This document shows, one piece after another, positions 54,192 to 64,000 of a stretch of 64,000 nt of DNA (its first letter is position 1; the number at the start of each line of letters is the position of its first letter). Origin of the DNA: a virus; IMG/VR virus record IMGVR_UViG_3300042547_000432, one strand, 5' to 3'. The translations under genes and the position numbers were made by a program. The notes beneath the pieces were generated by a model. The model did no database searches. It was not told where the DNA came from and saw only the letters and a list, made by a program, of their open reading frames with translations.

Positions 54192-54362
54192 TCAGCAACC
54201 CTTCATAAGGGCAACTCTTACTGTTGATGCGATTACGTTGTCAACATCGTTGTCTGTCTTCTCAACATACTTGTCAAGTAGATCACAAACGAGTTTCTTG
54301 GTATGGCAGCTGTTAAGTGCTGCAAAAATAATTGGTTTTACTAGTTCTACGAGTGCGCCCAT
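54192..54362 (-). CDS. 56-aa hypothetical protein
   Basis: MGALVELVKPIIFAALNSCHTKKLVCDLLDKYVEKTDNDVDN...; TAAATA at 54391-54396. Confidence 0.65.
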   Translation of the reverse strand: MGALVELVKPIIFAALNSCHTKKLVCDLLDKYVEKTDNDVDNVIASTVRVALMKGC

Positions 54363-54393
54363 GGTTATATCCTCTAAGAGAGTTTACAGCTAT

Positions 54394-55014
54394 TTAGGCT
54401 GATTTTTTTGCCATTGTGGTAGCAGTTCCATACATCACTTCTTTTGCTCTGTCGCCATACTTTGTCTTGAAGGAACCAAACTTCTTCTTCATACCTTTAA
54501 CAAATTTTTCTTTCTTTGCTGCTTCTGCCTTAGAAAGTTTTTTCTCGTCAAGAATTTCCACTTCTTCTTTCTTTAGTTCTTTTTCTTTCTTTGCTTTCTT
54601 ACCAGTTTCTTTTTCTGGATCATTGGGAATATCAACATCTGGCATTACTTCAATCTCAACTTTCTTTCCCTCAGCAATTTCTGCTGCCTTCTCCCACATT
54701 TCTTTTACTGATTTCTTAGCTTTCTTTGCGCGAAGAAGAGCAAAGTCATGAGCATCTACTTTACCATTCTTGTTGGCATCAATCTTTTCTTGATTGCCAG
54801 GCATATCTTTTCTTTCGGATAGTTCTTCGCCCCCATCCATTTCATACCCTGCCTTCACGCACTTATCTTTACCATTCTCAGTGCCAGCATACTTATAACC
54901 TTTCCAACAAGCTTTGCCGTCAGCACCTTGTTCCTTGCCTTCTTTGTTTTTTGCTTCATCTAATTCGGCAATTGCCCTTTCAATTAGACTTTTTGAAAAC
55001 TCATCAATTGTCAT
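54394..55014 (-). CDS. Late protein, charged, with CWKGY motif and EF-hand-like loop
   Basis: ACWKGYKYAG; DANKNGKVDAHD; TAAATA at 55036-55041. Confidence 0.6.
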   Translation of the reverse strand: MTIDEFSKSLIERAIAELDEAKNKEGKEQGADGKACWKGYKYAGTENGKDKCVKAGYEMDGGEELSERKDMPGNQEKIDANKNGKVDAHDFALLRAKKAKKSVKEMWEKAAEIAEGKKVEIEVMPDVDIPNDPEKETGKKAKKEKELKKEEVEILDEKKLSKAEAAKKEKFVKGMKKKFGSFKTKYGDRAKEVMYGTATTMAKKSA

Positions 55015-55291
55015 TGGTCTTTTGTCGTTTATTTTTATTTATAAATGACTTGACCTTATCCTTAGCACTCATCTCTTTTTCATCACATCCACAATGTTCT
55101 TTAATATCTTTCACCCAAGCGCGAAACATCTTACCTTCATTAGTAACAGCAATAACATAATTAACTCCACGGCGATGAATTCTTCCTGCTTCACCATTAG
55201 AATTTTGAACCCAATCACCCTCAGCAAATACATTACCGAGCATGTAAGATTTTTGTTTCGATTGTGCTAATAGTTCTTTAAGTGATTTCAT
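55004..55291 (-). CDS. Small SH3-like protein linked to the nucleotidyltransferase gene
   Basis: FAEGDWV...GRIHRRGVNYVI...FRAWVKDI. Confidence 0.6.
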   Translation of the reverse strand: MKSLKELLAQSKQKSYMLGNVFAEGDWVQNSNGEAGRIHRRGVNYVIAVTNEGKMFRAWVKDIKEHCGCDEKEMSAKDKVKSFINKNKRQKTNDN

Positions 55292-55842
55292 TTAATTCCC
55301 AATCCTTCTCTAACTTCTGTCATTAATTTCATCATTTCTTTGTCATCTAAAGTTGTTGGAATTCCTTGACGAAATACAGCAATGTTTCCATTTGTTGCTG
55401 CCTCTCTCATTTTACTAGCTGACATTCCAGTTGCCCCATCAGCATCAGGATCTCGTTCACCAGCAGATTTTGTTTCAAGAGATCTAAATGTATACTCTGT
55501 TCCATTGTAACGCTGGATCAAAGTATCCATTTCAGACACACGATCACTACCAACCACAAGAGTAAGATCAGAATATTCACCTTGTAAACTTTGAAGAACT
55601 TTAATAATAGTCTTCAAATCTGTATCTAACATAATATGATCCTTATGTCTTGGAAACATTTTTTTCATGTAACCAACTTTCTGTTCAGAAGATAAAGGAT
55701 TCTTCTTCTTGTCTTTTGTATGACTGGTATAGATTTTATAGTCATCGGTTCCAGCAATCCTCGCCACAGCATTGATCAATTTTTCATGACCGATTGTGGG
55801 AGGATTGAAGCGACCGAAAGTAATGACTACTCTCTTAAACAT
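55288..55842 (-). CDS. HIGH-superfamily nucleotidyltransferase (cytidylyltransferase-like)
   Basis: FGRFNPPTIGH; KNPL; VVGSDR; MSASKMR; TAAATA at 55852-55857. Confidence 0.88.
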   Translation of the reverse strand: MFKRVVITFGRFNPPTIGHEKLINAVARIAGTDDYKIYTSHTKDKKKNPLSSEQKVGYMKKMFPRHKDHIMLDTDLKTIIKVLQSLQGEYSDLTLVVGSDRVSEMDTLIQRYNGTEYTFRSLETKSAGERDPDADGATGMSASKMREAATNGNIAVFRQGIPTTLDDKEMMKLMTEVREGLGIK

Positions 55843-55854
55843 TTTTATTAGTAT

Positions 55855-57066
55855 TTAGTTTCCTTTCACCCAGTTCTTTTGAAGCGTGAAGTTTGCCTGA
55901 CTGAACTCAAGGCGGTCAACTAACTTGGTAGCAGAACCATCCTTGATAGCCACAAATCCTTCAGGAGCAGTAACTTTAAATCCATCATCAGTGCGAAGGA
56001 AAGTGCGAGTGCTATCAGCAGATTCCAGTTTCTTCACAAACAGATTCTTGGCATTCTGAAGAATAACATAGAGGGTGATCGTTGCCTTGAATCCAGCGAT
56101 GTTGGAATCCACGAACTCGATACCATCATAGAGTTTCTTCAGTTTAGCAGCTTTGGTTTTCTCCTGCTTCACTTTGTTAACTTCCTTCATCATCGTTTCG
56201 TGATAAGCATTCTTGAAGTCGCTGATAAATTTGTTAACATTATTGATACGTTTGCCTTCTCTTACATAGGTATTGAAGTAAGTTTTTAAACGAGTGCCAA
56301 CGCTAAAGTTATCGTTGGAATTAATTTGAGCAGATACTTCACCCAAGAAAGAACCAGCATTGCGAAGAGCAACAGGAGCAGTTCTCTTCATGTTATTAAG
56401 ATTCCTCTTCTCAGTTGCGCTAAGAATCATATTACTACCAAGAGTGTCAACCTCGGCACTAATTACAAACACATCATCAGTCTTGTTAAACTTACTGATG
56501 TCAACTCCAAAGGTAGCATTAGAAGTTGCGATGCTGGAACCAACATAACGAGTGTGAAATACTACGCCGATCTTAGCTCGCTTTGCTTTTTTGTATGCGT
56601 CAGTTCCTTTGGGGATGGCATAGGTAATCGTGTTAGGAGTAAAGGTGAGATAATCTACACCATCAATCTTCTCCTCTTTGGCATCATCAGTGAACAACAA
56701 GTCACCTTGAATGATCCCTTTGATGCCAAGTTTAGGAAAATGCTCCAATGCGACTTTTAACTTCTCAACTAACCCAGGAGAGTTGCCGTGGTTTGCTTCA
56801 ATAAAAGTATCATTATAATTAATTTTAGGTTCGGTCTTATTAAAAACAGATTTAGTTCCAACAAAAAATTTGTTGGTTTCTGGATCAATACCACAGATCA
56901 CAGCAGGAGCACCATCCCACTTGGTAGTGATTTTAAAGTTGCTGGTTTGAGTGCCACTAAAAGTTTTAGTAAGAGCATCAAGAAACGCAAACGCATCCTT
57001 AGCTCCCTCCTTACCATCAAAAAGGATGCTGTCTTCTAAGTGTTCGAGGTGAGTGTTCTTACTCAT
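55855..57066 (-). CDS. Conserved T4-like protein with ATP-dependent ligase/covalent nucleotidyltransferase motifs
   Basis: TKWDG (motif I), FVGTKS (Ia), IQGDL (III), PEGFV (IV), KLVDR (V). Confidence 0.6.
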   Translation of the reverse strand: MSKNTHLEHLEDSILFDGKEGAKDAFAFLDALTKTFSGTQTSNFKITTKWDGAPAVICGIDPETNKFFVGTKSVFNKTEPKINYNDTFIEANHGNSPGLVEKLKVALEHFPKLGIKGIIQGDLLFTDDAKEEKIDGVDYLTFTPNTITYAIPKGTDAYKKAKRAKIGVVFHTRYVGSSIATSNATFGVDISKFNKTDDVFVISAEVDTLGSNMILSATEKRNLNNMKRTAPVALRNAGSFLGEVSAQINSNDNFSVGTRLKTYFNTYVREGKRINNVNKFISDFKNAYHETMMKEVNKVKQEKTKAAKLKKLYDGIEFVDSNIAGFKATITLYVILQNAKNLFVKKLESADSTRTFLRTDDGFKVTAPEGFVAIKDGSATKLVDRLEFSQANFTLQKNWVKGN

Positions 57067-58346
57067 GTTACTGGATGCATTTGGTAGTTTCCTTTGCGGT
57101 CTTTCGACACGATGAATTTTGCGGCGCGACTCGCCCTCGGTTGAACCACTACTCTAGCACCTTGGATGCCATACTGTCGCCTATCACCTTTGTTAATAAG
57201 CATTAATACTGGTTCATAATCCCCCGTCATAGGAGTTGGATTCATAATTAAATGAGCAGACATTTCTAATTTATATTTACTTCCTATTTTTCTTAATGAT
57301 GGTGTTCCTTGTAAAACTCCCGTACAATTAGATATTCCGTATGTGGAAGTTCCAAAATTTTTCCCATAAACAGATTCCATTTTTAAAGCAGTATCTTCAA
57401 TTTCCATCATGGCGGTAAAACCTCTTCCACTGGATTGCTGAAAATCATACTGCATTCCAGCACCGCAAAAATTAGAAAGGTATTTCGCAAAAGCTCTAAT
57501 CTCTGGAAACTTATCTAAGGTTTCATCTGCTCCATCCTTATCATTTGCATAATGACTAACGCCACCCCATTGCTGAAAATGACTGGCACGAGATCCTTGC
57601 TTATGAGAAAACCAAGCAACATCTACAAGTTTTCTATTTTCTAAAGCAACAAAGGCAAGATCTGCTTTGACCTTTCCTTCAACTTTATTAACCCCAACAA
57701 TATTAGAAAAAGTTTTATTTCCTATTTGTAAGTCTATAGATGGAACACCAAGATTATCAAGTTCTTTATTAAAGGTGTTTATAAAATCTGCTTCTCCTTG
57801 TTCGGTTGCTGATGGGTCATTCAGTGAATATGAAGAGTCAATTGTATTCACATAAAATCCTAATTTGCCCCAATACATTCCAGGTTTACTTCCACCAGAA
57901 ACTTTTCCACCAAAACCAACATCCATTCCCATTCCATTATCTTTTAAAATTTTTCCACTATTAATAGAACTAGCAGTTGACTTTGTTGTTGTTGTATAAA
58001 AATTTACACGAAAAGGAGCTTTATCTAAATTTGGAGTATTTTTAATTGAATTTTCTATTGTTTTCAATATACCATTTTTCCCAGAATAAAAATTTTCAAA
58101 TGAAGTAAATTTTTTTGGTTGAAATTCTATAAACTCTTTACTTTGTTTCCACCTGCCATTTACTTTTTCTGGTATGCTAATGCCAACCATTTTAAAATAA
58201 ATTTCCACGCCATTATCTTCAGACAATCTATTTTTATCCAACAAAATAAATGGTCTGTCGTTTTTAATTCTGTCGTATATAACCTCAAAACACTGTTTGT
58301 ATCTTTTGGTTATTTCTCCCCAAGTTAGTCCTTTACCGCCTGCCAT
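57063..58346 (-). CDS. Putative restriction-endonuclease-fold protein
   Basis: KADLAF...WFSHKQG (D...SxK variant of PD-(D/E)XK); TAAATA at 58366-58371. Confidence 0.5.
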   Translation of the reverse strand: MAGGKGLTWGEITKRYKQCFEVIYDRIKNDRPFILLDKNRLSEDNGVEIYFKMVGISIPEKVNGRWKQSKEFIEFQPKKFTSFENFYSGKNGILKTIENSIKNTPNLDKAPFRVNFYTTTTKSTASSINSGKILKDNGMGMDVGFGGKVSGGSKPGMYWGKLGFYVNTIDSSYSLNDPSATEQGEADFINTFNKELDNLGVPSIDLQIGNKTFSNIVGVNKVEGKVKADLAFVALENRKLVDVAWFSHKQGSRASHFQQWGGVSHYANDKDGADETLDKFPEIRAFAKYLSNFCGAGMQYDFQQSSGRGFTAMMEIEDTALKMESVYGKNFGTSTYGISNCTGVLQGTPSLRKIGSKYKLEMSAHLIMNPTPMTGDYEPVLMLINKGDRRQYGIQGARVVVQPRASRAAKFIVSKDRKGNYQMHPVT

Positions 58347-58384
58347 ATAAAAATACCTCCCCAATTATTTAGGGGAGGCAAGCA

Positions 58385-58789
58385 TCAAAGGTCGTTGGCG
58401 ACTCTGTTTTCACTTCGTTCAATACTGAAGGTTCCTTCTGGATATCGAGCAGTCAGTTTCTCAAAATTCATTTGAGCAATTTCTTCAAACGAAATATTAA
58501 GAGCAATACATGCTTGAGCAACATACCACAGAATGTCACCGAGTTCACGTTTCATATGGAAGATGTTATCTTCGTTATAAGGTTTACCTTGGAAAGCAAT
58601 CTTTTTCACAATCTCAGTAAACTCCCCACCCTCAGCTGTAATACCACAAGCAGCAGTCATGAGACGCTGAATATCAGCACCTTCATCTCTAAGTTCTACA
58701 ATACGAGCAACAAACTCACTAGTATCGCGTGATGCTGGACTGGTGACGGCACCAACAAACTCAACATACTTATTAAAATCAATTGTCAT
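58385..58789 (-). CDS. mazG: MazG-like nucleotide pyrophosphohydrolase
   Basis: GITAEGGEFTEIVKK...KRELGDILWY...NFEKL..RY. Confidence 0.9.
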   Translation of the reverse strand: MTIDFNKYVEFVGAVTSPASRDTSEFVARIVELRDEGADIQRLMTAACGITAEGGEFTEIVKKIAFQGKPYNEDNIFHMKRELGDILWYVAQACIALNISFEEIAQMNFEKLTARYPEGTFSIERSENRVANDL

Positions 58790-60168
58790 AAAATAAAACT
58801 GGTAAATTTACTTTGCGTGTTTCTACTTTGCTCTGCTGCCATTTCTTCAAAGTCATATTCTTCTTCTTTATCTGAAGAAAGGTCAACAGCATTGTCAACA
58901 TTATACAACTTCATACGTGCTCTGTCAACCCCAACAAGGAAACGCTTATACATGGTGGGATCGTTATATCGGTTCTTCAACTGCTTAACCATAATCTTAC
59001 CATCCTTCTCTAGATCCTCTGTAGCAATAAGAGCAAACATGAAGTCAGCAGTAGCGGGTAGACCAAAAGATTCAGAAGTATCAGTGAGGTCAACATCAGA
59101 GTTGCCGAATCCACTTCTAGTAGTTTGAGTAGCGGAGACAAGAGGAACGTTATGTTCAACCGCCAATCCCCTAAGTTCTTCAGCAATCGCTTTAACATAG
59201 GTGTAAGAGTTTACAATAGCTCCTTTGTATCTAGCCGAAGCACAGATGTTAAGATAATCAATAAAAATAATATCTGGTTTGAATGTCTTCTTCAGTTGTA
59301 GTTCGTTCAGCAGAGATTTGAAATGACCGACATGCGCTGATGCTGTTGGATATTCTTTGATGATAAGACGACCTTGTGTTTTACGCTTCAGTTCATTGAT
59401 GCGACTTTGAAAGATTGTCTCAGGCAAATCTACAAGGTCTTTGATGTTGACGTTGAATAGATTAGCATCAATACGTTCGGCAATCTTCTCCTCTGCCATT
59501 TCCATAGTGATGTAGAGAACGTTACGACCCATTGATAAACAATGAGCGGCAAGGTCACACATGAATAGTGACTTACCTACACCAGTGCCAGCAAGAGCTA
59601 CATTAAGAGTCTTGTTTGGCAGACCACCTTTTGTAATCTTATTGAAGTATTCGAGGTGGAAAGGAATCTTATCTTCTTCACGATGGTAGAACTCATATCG
59701 CTCTACGCTATTCTCTAAGTAATCGTGACCTACATGTTCATCGAACGATACTGCCAGGGCCTCTTGAAGGATTGCGGGAATCGCATCCTTTGATATTTTT
59801 GGATTACCTCCATCCGCGACCTTGATTGACTCAAGCAAGGCGAGGTAGATTGCTCTGTCTTTACACCACTTCTCTGTGGTGTCGAGCAACCAGTTATATT
59901 CAATTGGATCGGTAGACAACTCAGCAATTGTTTTAACTGCGTTTTGATATACTTCCTCATTTAAATCTTTTCTTGCTTCAAGGTTAATAGTTAATACTTC
60001 TTTGGTAGGCACCAATTCATATGTGCTTGCGAAGTTCCAGACTTCTTCATAGATCACACGTTCATGAATCTCATTGAAGTAATCTGGTTTTACAAAAGGA
60101 ACAACCTTCCTATAGAACTGTTCGTTACACAGGAGGTTGCGTAAAATAGTCGTTTCAATTCTCTCCAT
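58786..60168 (-). CDS. gp41: Replicative DNA helicase gp41
   Basis: LAGTGVGKS; ITMEMAEE; IDYL; SATQTTR; SESFGLP; KNRY. Confidence 0.97.
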   Translation of the reverse strand: MERIETTILRNLLCNEQFYRKVVPFVKPDYFNEIHERVIYEEVWNFASTYELVPTKEVLTINLEARKDLNEEVYQNAVKTIAELSTDPIEYNWLLDTTEKWCKDRAIYLALLESIKVADGGNPKISKDAIPAILQEALAVSFDEHVGHDYLENSVERYEFYHREEDKIPFHLEYFNKITKGGLPNKTLNVALAGTGVGKSLFMCDLAAHCLSMGRNVLYITMEMAEEKIAERIDANLFNVNIKDLVDLPETIFQSRINELKRKTQGRLIIKEYPTASAHVGHFKSLLNELQLKKTFKPDIIFIDYLNICASARYKGAIVNSYTYVKAIAEELRGLAVEHNVPLVSATQTTRSGFGNSDVDLTDTSESFGLPATADFMFALIATEDLEKDGKIMVKQLKNRYNDPTMYKRFLVGVDRARMKLYNVDNAVDLSSDKEEEYDFEEMAAEQSRNTQSKFTSFIL

Positions 60169-61180
60169 CCACTACTCCATACAGAAACTCTTTGCGGGCA
60201 CATTCATCAAGGGCTTGCATTACTTCTGGCGTGAAATACTTCTCAGGATCGGCAAGGATAACAGAAGGATAAACGGAAGATTCCCCAACAACAACCCGAT
60301 TGCCCTTGCGTTGGAATACTCCGTATTTCTCACCCAACTCCAGTAATCCATAATATTTGTCCAATCCCCGTGCGTCATAGAAGAGCCTCGTTTCGATGTC
60401 TGAGTTTTCTTTAGTGAAGCGCGACTTCTGTGCCTTCACCTTGATAATGTTACCAACCACTTCAGTGCCATCTTTTTCTTTCTTCTTAGAGAGGAAGAGA
60501 ATAGTCGAGGCAGAATATTTCAGACCACTACCACCACCCATCTCTTTGGTTGGCACATAAGCACCGACCACTTCATATGTATGGTTGGTAACAATGAGAG
60601 GAATACCTGCCTGCCCAAGTTTGAGTGACAGAATACGGAAGATAGATTTGATTACCTGAGCACGAGTCATGTCTCTGGTTTCTTTGCCGTCCGTAGCATC
60701 CTGCACTTCCTTAGAGGTTGAGAGCATCCCCAAAGAGTCTAGCACAAAAAGCAGCGGAGGTCTATCCTCCTTCTTAAGTTTCATATACTCATCCACTACC
60801 TTGATAGACTGAGTGCGAAACTCTTGCACGGTAGTAACAGGAACCAAACCAACACGTTTCACATCAATACCACGCGAAGTCATCATATCTTTTGAGATAG
60901 CTGACTCTGTTTCAAAATAGATTACCTGAGCGTCTGGGTTGTTGAGAAAGTTCCTGCATATTGAGAGAGCAAAAAAAGTTTTGCCAGTTGAGGATTCGCC
61001 CGCGAGGGCTGTGATTTTATTCGCGGGAAGTCCACCATAAATGCTCCCAGAAATAAGAGCATTGAGAATGAAACTACCAGTATCAACAAACGATTCACAG
61101 TCACCAGCAGCGACTCCATCTTCAACAACACTTGCGAATTCATTATCTAACTCCTTAATAACAGATTGTAGGAAACTCAT
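60155..61180 (-). CDS. uvsX: RecA-like recombinase UvsX
   Basis: AGESSTGKT; VLDSLG; [12 protein letters not shown]. Confidence 0.95.
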   Translation of the reverse strand: MSFLQSVIKELDNEFASVVEDGVAAGDCESFVDTGSFILNALISGSIYGGLPANKITALAGESSTGKTFFALSICRNFLNNPDAQVIYFETESAISKDMMTSRGIDVKRVGLVPVTTVQEFRTQSIKVVDEYMKLKKEDRPPLLFVLDSLGMLSTSKEVQDATDGKETRDMTRAQVIKSIFRILSLKLGQAGIPLIVTNHTYEVVGAYVPTKEMGGGSGLKYSASTILFLSKKKEKDGTEVVGNIIKVKAQKSRFTKENSDIETRLFYDARGLDKYYGLLELGEKYGVFQRKGNRVVVGESSVYPSVILADPEKYFTPEVMQALDECARKEFLYGVVDGEN

Positions 61181-61186
61181 AATACC

Positions 61187-63679
61187 TCAAAAGAAAAAAC
61201 TAGTTAAATTGCCTTTACGTTCCGCTTGCCATCCGATACATTCTAGCACGTTCTTCAGCGGTTCAAAGAAACTCTTCTCAAATTGTAGCGTGTAGTCAAT
61301 GTATTTGTCAAGGTTCAGTTCCTTCGGCAGTTGTTGAAAGAAAGAAATGACATTCTCGCGGATAGGATTTGGTGTCTTCAGATAGATGAACTTGATCTTT
61401 TCACCTTCTTGAATAAGTGGATACTTGTGTTCCAAATTGTTTTTACGAACGTAATAGTTGTAGAGTAATGCTCCTCTTACTTGAATAGGAGTGCCTTTAG
61501 CATAAATGTCAGCAGCACTGCGATACTTCTTCAGACCATTACAACCGCGAGGGAAAGCAATGTTAAGATAGTTCTGTTTCTTGGTGTCTTCCTTGATCTC
61601 GTTAATGAAATCAAGAACATCATCGTTAGTTTTGGTTACAATGATACGATACGCCTGTTCCAGTTTGTCGCGGTAGTAAGCTGGCGTAGAAGAACGTGCT
61701 GTTTCCATACCACAGATTTTCATCTTCGGTTTGGCATAACGCACACCTTCACTATCCCATACGTTGAGAACATAGCGTTTCTTGGCGGTCCAGAAACCAC
61801 GCTCAGCAATGTTCTCGCGTTTCATCTTCATTTTCTGGTCGTATGCTTTGAGATAGTCGGCCAGTTCTTGGTAAGAACTTTCAATATATTGCTCAAGTTC
61901 CAGTGAAGCGACCTTATCAAGGAACGTAACAATGCTTTCAGGAGTTTTCTCTCGTACTCCGTATACACGTTCAACCAGAGGACCAAGGTTAAGATACATA
62001 GAGTCAGTATCAGAAGCAATAACATAATCAACATCCTGTGTCTTTAGAACTTTGTTAAGATAAGCATTCATCTTTCTCTCAATCCAGCGAATAGATAACT
62101 GACCAGAAAGAGTGATTGCCTCAGCGATTTCAAGTTTATAATAACGGAAGTGCTCGTTACCGATAGCACCATAAGCAGAGTTGAGTTGGATCTTACGTGC
62201 CATCTGAATGTTATTACAGCGGGCAATCTCTTTCTTCAACTCAATCGTTGGAGTCTTTTCGTATTGCTGTTTGGCAGCAAGCATCTTCTTTTTGTAGATG
62301 GTTCGGTCTTCGTAGATCTTCTCCATCAGCTTGGGCAGGAACCCCTGAAACTTGGTGGTGTAGTGCGTCCCATTGGCGCACAGGGTCTCCCCTACGAGGT
62401 CGCTGGTATCAAATGCCTTATCCAGCAGCATATCCACGTTGACGCTGCTGCGGCGCGGCAGGAGGGTCTCTGGGGACAGGTTATACTGCATGATCAAGTG
62501 AGGATACAGTGAATTTAAGTCGAAGTTCACAATCCAATCATACATACCAGGCACAGGTTCCTTCACATAAGCACCAGCATACTTAGCATCCTTGACACTA
62601 TCTTTCTTGGGAGGAATCACAACGCCCATCTTCGCCAGATAGATGAAGATGATGTTATCCCACATACGCACCTGAGAATAAACATCTTCGTAGTTTACTT
62701 TGGCGTCGTATGCCATAGTAAATGCCAATTCAAGCAACTTCATCTTGTCTTCCAGATGATCAACAAGGCGAACGTCGTGGATGTTATACAGCACGAACTT
62801 ATTCCAGTCCTTAGTGTAAAACTCTTTGAAAGTATCAAACTCAGAGTGGTCAAGTTTCTTGGCATCCAGTTCCACAGATGCGATATGGTCTAGGCGATAT
62901 GATTCTTGGTTGGTGTACGTAAACTTCTTATAAAGTTCAAGGTAATCCAACGTGGCGATGCCAGGAATATCATACGCAATCTGTTTGCGACCCTTGATGA
63001 AAATCTCACGCGATGAGATTAGTTTCCAAGGCGATAGAAGTTTGGTGTGATCTTCACCCAGCACTCTATCCATACGTCGGCAGATGTATGGCATATCGAA
63101 TAGCTGAACGTTCCAACCAGTGATTACGTCGGGGGTATTCTCCTGCCACCATCTGAGGAAGCACGAAAGGAGTTTCGTCTCATCGTTACAATGGATGTAA
63201 TCAACCTGTCTGTCTTCATTCTGGAAACTCTTGCTTCCCCAGACAGTGATACGATTTGTAAAAGAATCACGGATAGAAATGAGTAGAATCTCTTGGTCTG
63301 CCGATTCAATATCAGGGAAACCGTTTTCTGCTCCAGTTTCAATATCCAAAGTAAATGTGCGAATGAGGGAAGAGTCGAAACGAATCTCATCATCGGGATA
63401 TGCTTCGTTTATGTACTGATACAAGTATCTAGTATTTCCGTGAATTTCAAATCCCTCAACACCTTCATACTGATTGATAAATTGCCTACAATCATTAATA
63501 GAGCCTGGAGAGACTTCCTTGAGGAAGCGCCCATCCAGACTCTTATGATCTGTTTGCTTATTGCTAAGCACATACAGTTTGGGATTGTAGTTTACACGAT
63601 ACTGAACACGCTCACCATTTTCATAACCACGAACGAGGATACGATTCCCCGCCTGTTCAATGTTCGTATAAAACTTCAT
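61187..63679 (-). CDS. gp43: Family B DNA polymerase gp43
   Basis: DIET exo I; DLNSLYP motif A; KIQLNSAYG motif B; DTDS motif C. Confidence 0.98.
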   Translation of the reverse strand: MKFYTNIEQAGNRILVRGYENGERVQYRVNYNPKLYVLSNKQTDHKSLDGRFLKEVSPGSINDCRQFINQYEGVEGFEIHGNTRYLYQYINEAYPDDEIRFDSSLIRTFTLDIETGAENGFPDIESADQEILLISIRDSFTNRITVWGSKSFQNEDRQVDYIHCNDETKLLSCFLRWWQENTPDVITGWNVQLFDMPYICRRMDRVLGEDHTKLLSPWKLISSREIFIKGRKQIAYDIPGIATLDYLELYKKFTYTNQESYRLDHIASVELDAKKLDHSEFDTFKEFYTKDWNKFVLYNIHDVRLVDHLEDKMKLLELAFTMAYDAKVNYEDVYSQVRMWDNIIFIYLAKMGVVIPPKKDSVKDAKYAGAYVKEPVPGMYDWIVNFDLNSLYPHLIMQYNLSPETLLPRRSSVNVDMLLDKAFDTSDLVGETLCANGTHYTTKFQGFLPKLMEKIYEDRTIYKKKMLAAKQQYEKTPTIELKKEIARCNNIQMARKIQLNSAYGAIGNEHFRYYKLEIAEAITLSGQLSIRWIERKMNAYLNKVLKTQDVDYVIASDTDSMYLNLGPLVERVYGVREKTPESIVTFLDKVASLELEQYIESSYQELADYLKAYDQKMKMKRENIAERGFWTAKKRYVLNVWDSEGVRYAKPKMKICGMETARSSTPAYYRDKLEQAYRIIVTKTNDDVLDFINEIKEDTKKQNYLNIAFPRGCNGLKKYRSAADIYAKGTPIQVRGALLYNYYVRKNNLEHKYPLIQEGEKIKFIYLKTPNPIRENVISFFQQLPKELNLDKYIDYTLQFEKSFFEPLKNVLECIGWQAERKGNLTSFFF

Positions 63680-63685
63680 GCGTCG

Positions 63686-64000
63686 TCAACCCAGGGTCTT
63701 CTGGTAGTATTCTAACACAGAATACGATGGATCGCAAATGGTGAGGATGTCATCTGCTCGCATGTAGATTTGTGTTTGATTTGTATACTTGGGAAATTTC
63801 TCCAAAAGAATATAATCAGACTGAGTAACTGTTATTTCATTACCCTCCCTATCAATTTCTTTATCCGTGCTTTCACTAATAAAGAGAGCATCAGGATTAC
63901 GAACGCTTTTATAATCTACGTTGGAATGATCCCAATAAGTTAAATCAAGAATCCGATACGGATTCGTCAGAAGACACTCTGGACTTTCTTCCCTTTCTTC
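63686..64000 (-). CDS. Hypothetical protein upstream of gp43, truncated by window end
   Basis: Manual translation EEREESPECLLTNPYRI...DDILTICDPSYSVLEYYQKTLG*. Confidence 0.65.
   Translation of the reverse strand, partial: EEREESPECLLTNPYRILDLTYWDHSNVDYKSVRNPDALFISESTDKEIDREGNEITVTQSDYILLEKFPKYTNQTQIYMRADDILTICDPSYSVLEYYQKTLG

Noticed and set aside
62150-62512. + strand ORFs (120 and 81 aa) over the GC-rich polymerase patch as overlapping genes
   Set aside because: No recognisable motifs or SD; high GC alone lowers stop frequency
46970-63679. Introns or inteins in nrdB, nrdA, gp41, uvsX, gp43 (also thyX, psbA)
   Set aside because: All are continuous ORFs of normal length with contiguous motifs

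Overview
64 kb of a T4-like cyanobacterial myovirus (cyanomyophage). A freshwater S-CRM01-like lineage is plausible from the large tRNA array but is not shown by the sequence. In order: (1) 1-17.7 kb baseplate/tail genes (two-part gp5, cp12, hub protein, three large proteins carrying peptidoglycan hydrolase domains, gp51, gp26, tail-tube-like, gp4, gp2, gp48, gp53); (2) 17.7-27.9 kb gp32, gp33, exonuclease, phoH, denV-like, thyX, RNase H, glutaredoxin, speD, a metallophosphoesterase and psbA; (3) 27.9-35.8 kb repeat-rich tail fibre, subtilisin-like protease, 2OG-Fe(II) oxygenase, two hli genes, a cassette of micro-ORFs and a glutamine-riboswitch-like RNA before a YRG peptide; (4) 35.9-43.8 kb island of 23 tRNA genes (19 amino acids, no Cys, including rare Thr-AGU and long-arm Ile-UAU) interleaved with several non-tRNA structured RNAs, an HNH nuclease, an orphan antitoxin-like gene and an SLH mini-porin; (5) 43.9-64 kb RlpA, lysozyme, C39-like peptidase, nrdAB, primase, late genes, mazG, helicase, uvsX and DNA polymerase. 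The best candidates for undescribed biology are a duplicated 96-nt tRNA-trailer RNA with compensatory base changes, a tRNA mimic with two T-arms and no anticodon arm, and a late-promoter module of a ligase-fold protein, a HIGH nucleotidyltransferase and a PD-(D/E)XK-like nuclease. All family assignments come from motifs recognised by eye; no searches were run.
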